A program made the translations under genes and the position numbers. From a virus, in IMG/VR virus record IMGVR_UViG_3300021602_000003, positions 64,001 to 128,000 of that record: a DNA stretch of 64,000 nucleotides; one strand, 5' to 3'. Shown one piece after another: positions 19,963 through 30,510 of this stretch (its first letter is position 1; each line of letters begins with the position of its first letter). The notes beneath the pieces are model-generated. The model saw nothing but the letters and a program-made list of their open reading frames with translations. It had not been told where the DNA came from and made no database searches.

Positions 19963-21222
19963 ATGCTTTTAAACGATATTGGTAAATCACCAGACACCAC
20001 ATTCAGAAGGATAAATCAGTACCTCGAAACTAACTACGGTTTTAAGATTTCTGAGAATATTAGCGATAAAGATTTAGTCTTTATAACAGAACAGATAGAA
20101 GAAGAAATTGCCGACTTAAAGGTTAAGGGTGATGATGCAAGAAGCTCTTCAGAAGTATCTAAGAGATTATTAGTTTTGGAAGGTATAAGAAGTCTTAAAG
20201 AATATGGAATGATTCAGAAGCAATTTCAGTCGAGTCAGTTAAAACCTCTTATCGACGGCATGGTATCTGCGGTGGTTGATCATTTCGAAGGCGCCGGAGT
20301 GAGTATGTCCGACTTCGAGAAGGCTATCGAACACACTATGAGAGAATATCGTAAAAGTGATAAAGATTTTCCTAACGACCTCATCGAGGAAAAAGTTCGG
20401 GCTGGTGCAATGTCTGCACTTATAGCATTATCTCAACTTAATGCAGATTCTGCACATGTAGAATCGCAAATTTCTGTAATGGAAGAGACAGACGGCGAAG
20501 CAGCCCAAGAAGACAGCGAAGCAACTGTAGGAATTGAAGAAGAGGAAGAACAGACGCCAATGATTCGCGATAAGAGCGGTCGTATGGTACCAGACCCATT
20601 TGCTGCACAAGCAGACGCAAGAAGTAAAGGAATAGCAATGAAAGAACACGCAAATTTAGTAAAAAACCTAAGACGTCTTTTGGAAACAGAAGTTAGTCAA
20701 GCAGAGGTTATGATGGCAGCTAAAGGCTTCTCAGGCGAGCTGCAAGAAATGGTAGAAAAGATCGGTCGCTTACAAAACGAAGATCTGCCTCCTGTTACTG
20801 ATCAGATGAGAGAAACATATGGTATGGAATCAGCTTCGGCCTTCCAAACACAAATATATGGTGCACTACAAAGTGTTATGGATGCTCTTTATACAGCCAA
20901 AGGACAAGTCGATGATGCAGTCGGTAACATGGCCGCAACTGGACAAGTGGGTGCCGAGACTGATATGGATAAAGATATTGGCATGGATACTGGGATGGAC
21001 GGCATGGACGGCATGGACGGCGTACCTCCGGAAGATGACGGCATGGGGGACGATGCCGATTTAGATAATATTGGTGCTGAACTTGGCGAACCCGAAGACG
21101 ATTTCGGCAGTGAAGAAGCATTGGGTCGTTCTAAGAAAATGGAATCAGTATTACAGCATAAAGTTATGGAAATGAAGAAGCTTATTGCTAAAGCTAAGAA
21201 GCTTAAAGAAGCAAAGAAGTAA
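19963..21222 (+). CDS. Acidic coiled-coil late protein (possible prohead core/scaffold-type)
   Basis: Late promoter 19924, Glu-rich helical sequence, GMD repeats. Confidence 0.55.
   Translation: MLLNDIGKSPDTTFRRINQYLETNYGFKISENISDKDLVFITEQIEEEIADLKVKGDDARSSSEVSKRLLVLEGIRSLKEYGMIQKQFQSSQLKPLIDGMVSAVVDHFEGAGVSMSDFEKAIEHTMREYRKSDKDFPNDLIEEKVRAGAMSALIALSQLNADSAHVESQISVMEETDGEAAQEDSEATVGIEEEEEQTPMIRDKSGRMVPDPFAAQADARSKGIAMKEHANLVKNLRRLLETEVSQAEVMMAAKGFSGELQEMVEKIGRLQNEDLPPVTDQMRETYGMESASAFQTQIYGALQSVMDALYTAKGQVDDAVGNMAATGQVGAETDMDKDIGMDTGMDGMDGMDGVPPEDDGMGDDADLDNIGAELGEPEDDFGSEEALGRSKKMESVLQHKVMEMKKLIAKAKKLKEAKK
20980..21021 (+). repeat. 9-bp coding repeat GGCATGGAC (GMD)n
   Basis: ggcatggatactgggatggacggcatggacggcatggacggc. 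Confidence 0.75.
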
Positions 21223-21226
21223 TTTA

Positions 21227-21550
21227 ATGAGAGCAAGAGAAATACTTGAAGAAGATTATAATGAGAACTTAGAATCGGATCTCAGTAATCTCCTTATCGG
21301 GGCTAAAGGTTCCGGATCTTTGGAAATCAATACTCAGGATCTTGTTTCACAATTACAGGGTATGGGTTATTCAGTAGACGAGAATAGTTTAATGTTATTG
21401 TTAAGTCGAAATCCTGCAGTGCTTAATGCAACACCCACACTTGTTCGCATGACAGATGCAGAAGGTTCGGCACAGGGCGGTAGTGACCCTGGAGAGGACG
21501 CAGCAGCCAGAGTTGGCGATATGGCACAAAAAGCCACAAAAATAAAATAG
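21227..21550 (+). CDS. Hypothetical late protein
   Basis: MRAREILEE N-terminus; start moved to ATG 21227. Confidence 0.7.
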   Translation: MRAREILEEDYNENLESDLSNLLIGAKGSGSLEINTQDLVSQLQGMGYSVDENSLMLLLSRNPAVLNATPTLVRMTDAEGSAQGGSDPGEDAAARVGDMAQKATKIK

Positions 21551-21560
21551 GATAATAGAG

Positions 21561-22727
21561 ATGTCTTGTGATACAACTACTGGTTTCCCGAATGCCGCCC
21601 AAATGGAAGGCCTTGCAACAAATCTACCAGTAGTCTGGGAAGAAATATGTGCAATTCAACAAGCTGTTCTTGCAGCATCTAGTCAGTGCCAACCCGGCGG
21701 CGGCCAAATGTGCACCACAGTGGTAGGAAATACTCCTATGACATTTGTTACTGGTATAACATCAATAACAGTGGTAGATGGTGGCGCCGATTATTATGAG
21801 GATAGCCCAGCAGTTGTTTTTATACCACCTGTTGGGTCCACACCTTCGTCGACAGCATCGGCAACAGTTACAACAAATGGTGGAAGTATCTTATCTATCA
21901 ATATGGTATCGGGTGGATTAGATTATCAACCCGTACCAGCAACTATGGACGTAAGTTCTTTAGCTGGCATAAACGCAAATTTAACACCTCTTGTTAACGC
22001 AACAGGTAATATAGTAGGTATCAGTATTGTTTCAGGAGGTAGTGGCTACACAACACTCGATTCAGTTGTTGCTACCCGCGCAGTGTTACCAAATGCCGGG
22101 TATGTTGATGCAAGATTTGCGATTACAGCAGTCAGTATAACAGGTGAAATTCTATCGATTGCTATTTTAAATCCAGGATCAGGTTATCAGCCTAGCCTTG
22201 CGGAAGTACAGATTGTTTCCTCTATAAATCCTTTATTGCCTTACCCATTAGGCGCAGGTTTCTCAGCATATGTGAATACTAATATACTAGGAACAATTAC
22301 ACAAGTAATCATAGAAAATATAGGAGCAGGATACGCTGTATTTCCGCCTTATGTAATTATAACAGACCCTGGTACCGGCGCTACCACATCTGTTGTATTA
22401 ACTGCTGACGCCGTTTCGGCAATTAATGTACTTACACCCGGATCACAATACACCAGTTCTGCCACAGGTGCTGTATTAAATCCTGTCACAGCACCTTTGC
22501 CTAATCCACCCGCATCGCCGGCTGTAATTACCATAAATTCGGCGAATAATACGTTCGGAACGGACCCTCACTTATATTGGGAAGTCTGGGCCGGCACAAC
22601 TACTAATAAACCGATTCAAATGCAATTAAATGCCGTATTGTCTTATTTTGCTGGGTTAGGATATACTATTTTAATACAAGTAAATCCTCAAACCGGCAGT
22701 ACGATACAGTGGAAAATCTGCTGGTAA
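21561..22727 (+). CDS. Virion structural protein with repeated beta modules (tail/baseplate-associated type)
   Basis: Recurrent I-x-(I/V)-x-x-(G/P)-G-x-G-Y units; Thr/Val/Gly-rich. Confidence 0.65.
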   Translation: MSCDTTTGFPNAAQMEGLATNLPVVWEEICAIQQAVLAASSQCQPGGGQMCTTVVGNTPMTFVTGITSITVVDGGADYYEDSPAVVFIPPVGSTPSSTASATVTTNGGSILSINMVSGGLDYQPVPATMDVSSLAGINANLTPLVNATGNIVGISIVSGGSGYTTLDSVVATRAVLPNAGYVDARFAITAVSITGEILSIAILNPGSGYQPSLAEVQIVSSINPLLPYPLGAGFSAYVNTNILGTITQVIIENIGAGYAVFPPYVIITDPGTGATTSVVLTADAVSAINVLTPGSQYTSSATGAVLNPVTAPLPNPPASPAVITINSANNTFGTDPHLYWEVWAGTTTNKPIQMQLNAVLSYFAGLGYTILIQVNPQTGSTIQWKICW

Positions 22728-22767
22728 AACATTGACTTAGTGATACTCTTTGTGTTACACTTTATCA

Positions 22768-23433
22768 ATGATAATAACAAATAAATTCGACTATAAACCC
22801 TTAAAACGAGTAGATACAGGAAACGGTAGACGATATATAGTCGGTGAAGGCAGACCACTCCCGTCTGTAACAGCAATCCTTAGCAAAACGCAAGATATGA
22901 CACACCTATTAGAGTGGCGTGCTAACGTGGGCGAAAAGGAAGCCACAAGAATTACCACAGAAGCCAGCGGTCTTGGTACAGGCATGCATAATAATATAGA
23001 AAATTACATATTAGACAAGCCTATGACCGGATCTTTCATGGCAAAATCTTTAGCAAATTTGATAATTAAAAAAGGTATCTCTAAAGTAAGTGAAGTCTGG
23101 GGTACAGAAGTATCTTTATATTCGACGGGTCTTTATGCAGGAACAACAGACTTGGTAGGCTTGCACGACGGTATACCATCTATTATGGATTATAAGAATA
23201 GCTTGAAGGAAAAGAAGAGGGAATGGATTGAGGGGTATTTTATGCAATTATGTGCTTATGCCCTTTCCCATAATGAGATGTTTGGCACAGATATTCATCG
23301 TGGTGTCATAATGATTGCCACACGGGACGCTAAATACCAGGAATTTGTGATAGAAGGTGACGAATTTACCCACTACGAAACTAAGTGGGCGAACACCGTG
23401 TGTGATTATTATGATCGGTTCGGTATCTGCTAA
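22768..23433 (+). CDS. PD-(D/E)XK exonuclease (Cas4/lambda-exo-like)
   Basis: PSVTAIL, GTGMH, YAGTTDLV, IMDYKN, YFMQLCAYA; sigma70 promoter 22732-22761 supports start at 22768. Confidence 0.85.
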   Translation: MIITNKFDYKPLKRVDTGNGRRYIVGEGRPLPSVTAILSKTQDMTHLLEWRANVGEKEATRITTEASGLGTGMHNNIENYILDKPMTGSFMAKSLANLIIKKGISKVSEVWGTEVSLYSTGLYAGTTDLVGLHDGIPSIMDYKNSLKEKKREWIEGYFMQLCAYALSHNEMFGTDIHRGVIMIATRDAKYQEFVIEGDEFTHYETKWANTVCDYYDRFGIC

Positions 23434-23460
23434 ATACATCACACAAAGGAATTTATAAAA

Positions 23461-24180
23461 ATGGCAACACCTGTAATAGTTTCAAGAATACAAAATAGAC
23501 GTGGTACGCAAGACCAGTTCGATGGTTATGTCTATAATCCCGCTGGGCCGAATAGTGTATACCCTTTTGGGTATACTGGTACAGGAGGATATGGTAGCTA
23601 CCCTGACTTTAATTCGATAAATTATCCTAATGTACTTTTAGCTGGAGAATTAGCACTATGTACTGATTCCGGTAATGTCTATATGGGGAACTCGAACGGC
23701 GAATACATAATAGTTGACACTGGTGCAAATGGTGCGACAGTACTTGATAGATTAGAACCCTATATGTGGGTTTTACCACCATCGGGTACTTATGTCAATA
23801 TAACAAGAGTAGGACCTGGACCTAACACATTAGAGTATCCATCGACACCGTTCATTAATATATTGTATGGAGTCACTAATTCATCATTAGAAGAGAGTAA
23901 TGTGGTAGGTACCACGTTTTCTAGAAATGGCCAGTTACAGATTACTGCCGTAGAGTATTTTTCTCCCGATATTCCTAATCCTCCATATCCAGATACTACT
24001 CCTGCATCACTAAGTGATGTACATACAGAAATTAATTTATCACCCACAGATGTATGCAATTTGAGTCTTATTGCACAATATGATACCGTTACCAATACAA
24101 TGATACAGATATTATATAAACACGATTTTCCTACTGATTTGATGTTTAGCACAAGCACAATCAAGTGGGTTTCTCTTTAA
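23461..24180 (+). CDS. Putative tail/fibre-associated structural protein
   Basis: SRIQNRRG...LLAGELALCTDSGNVYMGN, the N-terminal motif of phage fibre/tropism-determinant-like proteins. Confidence 0.6.
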   Translation: MATPVIVSRIQNRRGTQDQFDGYVYNPAGPNSVYPFGYTGTGGYGSYPDFNSINYPNVLLAGELALCTDSGNVYMGNSNGEYIIVDTGANGATVLDRLEPYMWVLPPSGTYVNITRVGPGPNTLEYPSTPFINILYGVTNSSLEESNVVGTTFSRNGQLQITAVEYFSPDIPNPPYPDTTPASLSDVHTEINLSPTDVCNLSLIAQYDTVTNTMIQILYKHDFPTDLMFSTSTIKWVSL

Positions 24181-24190
24181 ATAATTAATC

Positions 24191-24628
24191 ATGATTTGGC
24201 ACACAATCTCTAATGACGAGCGACTCCGTCTTTGGAAAAATTTAAGAGTAGAAATACAAGAGAAATCTTTAGAGGAACAATTAGAACAAATTGCAAAATT
24301 TTGTTCTACAATCCCTTTTGGAGCCAGGACACTGGACTATTATAGTCCTATGGAATGGCCGACGCCATGGGAAATATTATTTCATGGTTCTTTCTGCACA
24401 AGTTCCATTAGTTTACTAATGTTTTATACATTAGATCTCTTAAATATACAAAATACAGTAGAATTATATCTTGTAGAAGATAACGAAGGCATTTATTTGT
24501 TGCCTGTGATCGATAATCAATTTGTTTTAAATTTTGAACTTTCTGCGGTAAATAATTACTCAGAAATTGAAGAAAAATTTAAGATATTAGACAAATATCG
24601 AAAAGAACAAATCAAAAAAATAAAATAA
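24191..24628 (+). CDS. Hypothetical protein
   Basis: 145 aa, WPTPWEIL motif. Confidence 0.7.
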   Translation: MIWHTISNDERLRLWKNLRVEIQEKSLEEQLEQIAKFCSTIPFGARTLDYYSPMEWPTPWEILFHGSFCTSSISLLMFYTLDLLNIQNTVELYLVEDNEGIYLLPVIDNQFVLNFELSAVNNYSEIEEKFKILDKYRKEQIKKIK

Positions 24629-24687
24629 TACAACAACTAAAAAGATAATCGCCACAGATTAATCATTATACAATCACCGGAGAAAAC

Positions 24688-26580
24688 ATGATATACGAAA
24701 CCTATATTGCAAAAAGTCGCTACGCCAGATACATCGATTCTAAGAAACGTCGAGAGAATTGGGATGAAACTGTAGTACGATATTTTGACTTTATGACAGA
24801 CCATTTGAAAGAACAATGTAACTATACTCTAACAAAAGAATTAAGATCGGAATTACAGAGTGCAGTTACTAATTTCGAAGTCATGCCTTCTATGCGAGCC
24901 TTAATGACAGCAGGTAAAGCATTAGGTAGAGATAATACTTCCGGTTATAACTGTTCTTACTTGCCTATCGACGATCCAAAAGCATTCGATGAAGCGATGT
25001 TTATTTTATTATGTGGCACCGGTGTGGGATTTAGTGTAGAAAGACAATATATAGCAAAATTACCAGAAGTACCAGAAAGAATTTTTGATAGTGAATCTGT
25101 TATCGTTGTATCAGATAGTAAAGAAGGTTGGGCAAAGTCTTTGCGTCAGGTCATTGCAATGTTATATTCGGGTGAAGCACCTAGATGGGACACAAGTAAG
25201 GTTCGCCCAGCAGGCGCTAGATTAAAAACTTTTGGCGGTCGAGCATCTGGCCCGGAACCATTGGTAGAATTATTCAAGTTTGTTGTTAAGATTTTTAAGA
25301 ATGCTCAAGGACGTAAATTAAATAGTATCGAATGTCACGATATTATGTGTAAGGTAGGTGAAGTGGTTGTTGTAGGCGGTGTACGTAGATCGGCAATGAT
25401 TTCTTTATCGAATCTTTCTGATGACCGTATGCGTAATGCTAAGACAGGTTCTTGGTGGGAGACACAAGGCCAGCGTGCCTTAGCTAATAATAGTGCTTGC
25501 CATACAGAACGACCTGATGTGGGTATTTTTATGCAAGAGTGGTTATCACTATATGAATCTAAATCGGGCGAGCGTGGGATATTTAATAGAGAAGCAGCAA
25601 AGAATATTGTTAAGATGAACGGTCGTCGTAACCCGGACTTCGAGTTTGGTACAAATCCATGTGCAGAGATCATTTTACGTCCATACCAATTCTGTAATTT
25701 GACCGAAATTATTGTTCGATCTACAGATACATTAGATGATTTATTGAGAAAAGCCCGTATTGCAACAATAATGGGTACATTCCAGTCGACAATGACTCAT
25801 TTTCCTTACCTTCGTAAGATTTGGCGCGACAATACCGAACAAGAACGCTTATTAGGTGTGTCTATGACCGGTATATTAGATAATCATCTGTTAAATGACC
25901 CGTCCGATAAAGAATTACCTGCACGTCTTGAAGCAATTAAGGCATTAACGGTAGATGTAAATACTAAATTAGCATCATCGTTGGGAATACAGGCAGCAGC
26001 AGCCATTACCGCAGTTAAGCCTTCCGGTACAGTATCTCAATTAACAAATACTGCAAGTGGTATTCATCCACGTCATGCTGCTTATTACTATAGACGTATC
26101 CGTGGTGATATTAAAGATCCTCTTACGAAGGCTATGATGGCAGCAGGAGTACCTTGCGAGCCTGATGTAATGAAACCAGGTAGTACGATGGTATTTACTT
26201 TCCCGAAGAAAGCACCTGACGGGGCAGTATTACGTTGCCAATTAGATGCTATAAAGCATTTGAATCTGTGGCTTGTTTATCAGCGACACTATTGCGAGCA
26301 TAAACCGTCAGTAACTATCTCCGTTAGTGAAAAAGAATGGCCGGCAGTGGGTGCATTTGTCTGGGATCATTTTGATGAGATGTCAGGTGTCTCTTTCTTG
26401 CCATATGACGGTGGCAATTATAAACAAGCACCATACGAAGATTGTACTAAAGAAGAATTCGAAGCATTATCGGCTAAGATGCCTAAGGATATTGATTGGG
26501 ATAATATTGTAGAATTAGATGATAATGTGGAAGGTGCACAAATGTTGGCTTGCACTGCAGGAGGCGGGTGCGAGATCTAA
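24688..26580 (+). CDS. nrdJ: Class II (adenosylcobalamin-dependent) ribonucleotide reductase, monomeric type
   Basis: PSMRALMTAG, YNCSY, GTGVGFSV, GGVRRSA, GTNPCAEI, KPSGTVS, C-terminal ACTAGGGCEI; no small subunit adjacent. Confidence 0.88.
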   Translation: MIYETYIAKSRYARYIDSKKRRENWDETVVRYFDFMTDHLKEQCNYTLTKELRSELQSAVTNFEVMPSMRALMTAGKALGRDNTSGYNCSYLPIDDPKAFDEAMFILLCGTGVGFSVERQYIAKLPEVPERIFDSESVIVVSDSKEGWAKSLRQVIAMLYSGEAPRWDTSKVRPAGARLKTFGGRASGPEPLVELFKFVVKIFKNAQGRKLNSIECHDIMCKVGEVVVVGGVRRSAMISLSNLSDDRMRNAKTGSWWETQGQRALANNSACHTERPDVGIFMQEWLSLYESKSGERGIFNREAAKNIVKMNGRRNPDFEFGTNPCAEIILRPYQFCNLTEIIVRSTDTLDDLLRKARIATIMGTFQSTMTHFPYLRKIWRDNTEQERLLGVSMTGILDNHLLNDPSDKELPARLEAIKALTVDVNTKLASSLGIQAAAAITAVKPSGTVSQLTNTASGIHPRHAAYYYRRIRGDIKDPLTKAMMAAGVPCEPDVMKPGSTMVFTFPKKAPDGAVLRCQLDAIKHLNLWLVYQRHYCEHKPSVTISVSEKEWPAVGAFVWDHFDEMSGVSFLPYDGGNYKQAPYEDCTKEEFEALSAKMPKDIDWDNIVELDDNVEGAQMLACTAGGGCEI

Positions 26581-26581
26581 T

Positions 26582-27268
26582 ATGAATTATTATCTTTATA
26601 AGATAATTAACACGATTTCCGGCAAGATATACATAGGTGTACGCAAAAGTGTCGTTCTGCCGGAAATCGATTCATACATGGGTTCGGGTATAGCCATAAA
26701 ATCTGCCATAAAGAAACACGGATTAAAAAATTTTACAAAAAATATATTAGAAGTATTTGAAACAGAATTACAGATGTATGGCAGGGAGGCAGATATAGTA
26801 AATACAGATTTTATACTCAGGGAAGATACATATAATATAGCATTAGGCGGCCAAGGCGGTGACCGATGGACAAACGACCCTAACAGAGATATTAGGAGTA
26901 AGAATTTATCCAAATCGTTATTGGCTAGATATGAATCTATGACCGCCGAAGATCGTAAATTAATATATGGTTTAAAAGGTACAAAAAATCCGTTTAGTGC
27001 ATATAATAAGACTCTTACCAGAGAAGATAGGCAGGCCAAAACTGCAAAATATAATTATACATTAATATCCCCAAACAGAGAGTTATTTAATACAAATAGT
27101 CTTAAGGATTTCTGTTTAACACACGGATTAAATAGAGACACATTTATATATTTTATGGATAAGGGATTGATACCGGAGTACAGCAGAACTGGGAAGAAAG
27201 ATTCGGGAAATATATCAAGGATACGGACAACCGGATGGTCTGTAACACGGTTACTCATATTAAGATAG
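26582..27268 (+). CDS. GIY-YIG homing endonuclease (Seg-like)
   Basis: YLYKIINTISGKIYIG, YMGSG, KHGLKNF.K.ILE, YNIALGG. Confidence 0.88.
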   Translation: MNYYLYKIINTISGKIYIGVRKSVVLPEIDSYMGSGIAIKSAIKKHGLKNFTKNILEVFETELQMYGREADIVNTDFILREDTYNIALGGQGGDRWTNDPNRDIRSKNLSKSLLARYESMTAEDRKLIYGLKGTKNPFSAYNKTLTREDRQAKTAKYNYTLISPNRELFNTNSLKDFCLTHGLNRDTFIYFMDKGLIPEYSRTGKKDSGNISRIRTTGWSVTRLLILR

Positions 27269-27338
27269 AAATATTAACCGAATGTTTGCTTTTTAAACAC
27301 ATAACATATACAATAACACAATAATATTAAGGGATAAT

Positions 27339-27638
27339 ATGCTAAAAGACACATCATACATAAAAGTATTTAAATTATCGACAGGGGAAGAAATTATAGC
27401 AAGTGTTGCTGAAGAAACAACGACTGCTATTATGATTAAGAATCCTTTGCAAATGGTAATGGGTCAACGTGGTCCACAATTTGGCCCATTTATGGTGATG
27501 GCAGATCCGGGAAAAACAATTTCGTTGAACAGATCGCTAATTGTTGCTACGACTACACCTTTGGTAGAGTTGGAAGGTCAATATGAAAGTATTACAACAG
27601 GAATTGCATTGCCACAAAAAAGCTCTATCATCACCTAA
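27339..27638 (+). CDS. Hypothetical protein (Sm-like fold candidate)
   Basis: VFKLSTGEEIIA..KNPL pattern common in T4-like phages. Confidence 0.65.
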   Translation: MLKDTSYIKVFKLSTGEEIIASVAEETTTAIMIKNPLQMVMGQRGPQFGPFMVMADPGKTISLNRSLIVATTTPLVELEGQYESITTGIALPQKSSIIT

Positions 27639-27647
27639 AGGATAATC

Positions 27648-27860
27648 ATGAACATGAGAACTACACCCAAGACACCGTATGAAATTAGATTAGAGCTATT
27701 GCAACTCGCCCAGATAATTCTCAACGGGAAACATGCAGCAGATGCTGCCGCAGCAAATTCGACCAGACCTGCAGCTACAACAGCACCTACCACAGAAGAA
27801 ATTATTACAGAAGCCGAAAAAATGAATGCATTTATTTCTAAAGCTAATCTATCGCATTAA
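27648..27860 (+). CDS. Hypothetical protein
   Basis: KTPYEIRLELL...PTTEEIITEAEKMNAFIS; SD present. Confidence 0.7.
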   Translation: MNMRTTPKTPYEIRLELLQLAQIILNGKHAADAAAANSTRPAATTAPTTEEIITEAEKMNAFISKANLSH

Positions 27861-27898
27861 ATTTGACAACATGGGGAAAATACTGTATTATATTCTCT

Positions 27899-28678
27899 AT
27901 GTACAAAAATATTAAATTAGCTATAAGGAAATTTAAACATTGGTTTAAATTTCAACCTCCTGGGTCAATGACTTCGAAAGGGTGGCGTCTTTTTGAAAAA
28001 GAATTTAGCGAAAAGGCGCCAATCCGATATTGGTTTAAAACAAAGTTTAGAAGAAATATCGTACTACCAATAATATGGAAGTATGAAGCTATCGATCAAT
28101 GGATCCGACATCGTACATATGACAAATATCATGTCGTTAAAACAGGACTGAAGCCTGGATATTACGATATAGATACACTAATGTTACATTCTAACTTCAA
28201 CATGTTGAAAGACTTTGTTGAAGTCGAGCAAGCAATACACACATATTGGTGGTCGGATGAGTGTAAGAATGCAAGTTGGTTTGAAAAGCATATGCCATTT
28301 TATCGAACATTTTATCCTTTCCGACGACCCGAGTTAGGTATCAAACATCTAGAATGGGCGGCTACACTCGACGATCCATCTTTACCAGTGCATGAAAGGT
28401 GTGACAGCCAGGCCGTTTTTGCTAGAGAAACTCTATTATTGTATAGATGGTGGGTGAATGAACGACCAGCAAGAGAAAAAGAAAAATATGTCGAATATAA
28501 TGATCAAGGTCTGGGTTCATTGGGTTGTTTTGATGATGATTTCGACAGAGAAGCCGATGACTATAAAGATCATATAAAATCTATGACATCACGTCAGAAT
28601 AAAGAAGAAGAGTGGCAACAAGAAGACGACGACATGCTTGTTCGCCTTGTTAAGGTGCGCCGCGGATTATGGACTTAA
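27899..28678 (+). CDS. Hypothetical Trp-rich protein
   Basis: Sigma70 promoter 27863-27891 supports ATG 27899. Confidence 0.7.
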   Translation: MYKNIKLAIRKFKHWFKFQPPGSMTSKGWRLFEKEFSEKAPIRYWFKTKFRRNIVLPIIWKYEAIDQWIRHRTYDKYHVVKTGLKPGYYDIDTLMLHSNFNMLKDFVEVEQAIHTYWWSDECKNASWFEKHMPFYRTFYPFRRPELGIKHLEWAATLDDPSLPVHERCDSQAVFARETLLLYRWWVNERPAREKEKYVEYNDQGLGSLGCFDDDFDREADDYKDHIKSMTSRQNKEEEWQQEDDDMLVRLVKVRRGLWT

Positions 28679-29040
28679 TGCCTGATTTAGAGCGTGATAT
28701 GATTGCCGACCCAATCATAATTACACATTTGGAAAATAAAGAACTTGCGAGAGAATTCTATGCCGCAATGTGTAATATGAGATGGGAAAAGATAGATGAG
28801 CGCGATCGCGATCAACAAATTATCGATAAGCTAAAGGGCATAAATCCCAATATATGGTCGATTTCGTGGAGAGGCTCCGGCGGAGTTATTGCGGGCCTAC
28901 GTAATATGTTTTATAATACAACAGAAGATTACATAGACTTTTATTGCGGTGGTAATGAAGGTTTAGTAAGTCCCTTAGTAGAAGAATGTTTTAATAGATT
29001 AGGATGGAAACAGTGTCCTTGGGAAGAAGAAATTGTATAA
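28669..29040 (+). CDS. Hypothetical protein
   Basis: 123 aa overlapping ORF; SWRGSGGVIA..R....DYIDFYC. Confidence 0.7.
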   Translation: MDLMPDLERDMIADPIIITHLENKELAREFYAAMCNMRWEKIDERDRDQQIIDKLKGINPNIWSISWRGSGGVIAGLRNMFYNTTEDYIDFYCGGNEGLVSPLVEECFNRLGWKQCPWEEEIV

Positions 29041-29800
29041 TAGTTTAGAAAATTATGTGAAGAATAGTTTTGATGGAATGTTAGTATTCGGAGATACCCA
29101 CGGAGATTACAATTTATTCGAAAAAGCATATAATTTTGCTAAGAGTGAAAACTTTTTCTTTATGTCTATGGGAGACTTAGTAGACCGTGGCCATCAACCG
29201 TTTGAAGTAGTAAAAGCAATGTACGAAGCAATGTACGAAGGTCGTGCAGGTTTGGTGATAGGAAATCACGATGATAAATTTCGTAGATATGCTGATGGTG
29301 CAAAAGTAAGCTTTTCTACAGATGCCAAGCGTACATTAGACGATGTCGGCCCAGATAAAATGGAAGATTTCTTAAAAATGTATGTCTCTATGATAGATGA
29401 CAAGATGTTTTCTGGATTCTTTCATAAATTCGACGAGTTTACCTTAGTACATGCAGGATGCCACAAGCGTATGTGGGAATCCGGTTTCGTTATGAGTAAG
29501 ACAGAGAAGGCTAGGTTCTTAGTAGGCGAAACAAACGGTCAAAAATATGATGATGGATATCCTGTTAGGCTATATAACTGGATAGAGGATGTTCCTATGG
29601 GGAAGACGGTTATGGTAGGGCATGATAAAATGCCTATTCATAATGTTAATATAACTGAGCCGATGACCGTTTCTAATAAGAATGGTGGCAAGGTGATATT
29701 TTTAGATACTGGTTGCGGTAAAGGCGGATTCTTATCTGGTGCAGTAATGTTATCGGGTAAGAAGGGCTTTGTAGTTGACAGATTTGTCGAGTTTAAATGA
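29033..29800 (+). CDS. Calcineurin-like metallophosphoesterase
   Basis: GDTHG, GDLVDRG, GNHD, VHAG, GH, LDTG motifs. Confidence 0.88.
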   Translation: MYNSLENYVKNSFDGMLVFGDTHGDYNLFEKAYNFAKSENFFFMSMGDLVDRGHQPFEVVKAMYEAMYEGRAGLVIGNHDDKFRRYADGAKVSFSTDAKRTLDDVGPDKMEDFLKMYVSMIDDKMFSGFFHKFDEFTLVHAGCHKRMWESGFVMSKTEKARFLVGETNGQKYDDGYPVRLYNWIEDVPMGKTVMVGHDKMPIHNVNITEPMTVSNKNGGKVIFLDTGCGKGGFLSGAVMLSGKKGFVVDRFVEFK

Positions 29801-29885
29801 AAAATTTGACAAAAGCGCCGCAGACTAGTAATATTACAACTGTTGCAGCCATACTGGCTTAACAAAATTTTAACTTGGAGAATTT

Positions 29886-30140
29886 ATGACAAACACAAAC
29901 GCAAAGAAATTGGTAAAGATTGATAAAGCTGCAAAATTTGTTCCCGTTGAAGGAAGTTCGCTTGTTGCTTCTTATGCACGTACAGGTAATGATCTTGCAT
30001 TGAAGTTTAATAACGGCGGTACTTATTTGTATAAGGCTGTTGACGAAAAGACAATGGAGAGCTTTGTTGCAGCGGCTTCTAAAGGCAAGTTCTTTGCTTC
30101 GAGCATCAGAAATAAGTTTATTGCTGAACAAGCAGAATAA
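29886..30140 (+). CDS. KTSC-domain protein
   Basis: SS.....Y......L.LKFNNGGTYLY..V.......FVAAASKGKFF...IR; sigma70 promoter 29806-29834. Confidence 0.85.
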   Translation: MTNTNAKKLVKIDKAAKFVPVEGSSLVASYARTGNDLALKFNNGGTYLYKAVDEKTMESFVAAASKGKFFASSIRNKFIAEQAE

Positions 30141-30158
30141 TTTATAAATAGGTCCACA

Positions 30159-30419
30159 ATGGCAGAATTATTAAAATGGAATATAAGTGTCGAATGCGGA
30201 CCTACTGCATCAGATGTACATCATATCATAATTAATGCAACTTCTTCGGAAGATGCATTGGTTAAAGCTAAACAGTGGGCGGAAGACAATAATGTAAAAA
30301 ACCCTACGTTTAGCGAACCGTATGAAGACATATACGATGAGTTTTTAGAATGGACACCCGAAGAAGAGGAAGAGTTCCTGCACATAGTTAATAACTCGGG
30401 TAATATTGGCGAAGATTGA
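30159..30419 (+). CDS. Hypothetical protein
   Basis: 86 aa ORF behind TATAAATA. Confidence 0.6.
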   Translation: MAELLKWNISVECGPTASDVHHIIINATSSEDALVKAKQWAEDNNVKNPTFSEPYEDIYDEFLEWTPEEEEEFLHIVNNSGNIGED

Positions 30420-30483
30420 CCAAGATTATGCCGTTATTGTATAATAAAGGCTAAATAACAATAGTAGAGATAGACTTTACTAT
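30416..30483 (+). promoter_or_regulatory. Sigma70 promoter plus leader hairpin (GATAGA apex) of nadM-nudix
   Basis: TTGACC-18-TATAAT; ATAGTAGAG-ATAGA-CTTTACTAT stem at 30461-30483. Confidence 0.6.
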
Positions 30484-30510
30484 ATCATTAAACAACATAG
30501 GATTTATGTT

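Noticed and set aside
22768-23433. Cas4 of a CRISPR system
   Set aside because: No Fe-S Cys cluster, no array or other cas genes; ordinary phage PD-(D/E)XK exonuclease
24688-27268. Intron or intein in nrdJ associated with the GIY-YIG gene
   Set aside because: nrdJ is continuous to its C-terminal Cys pair; the endonuclease lies wholly downstream
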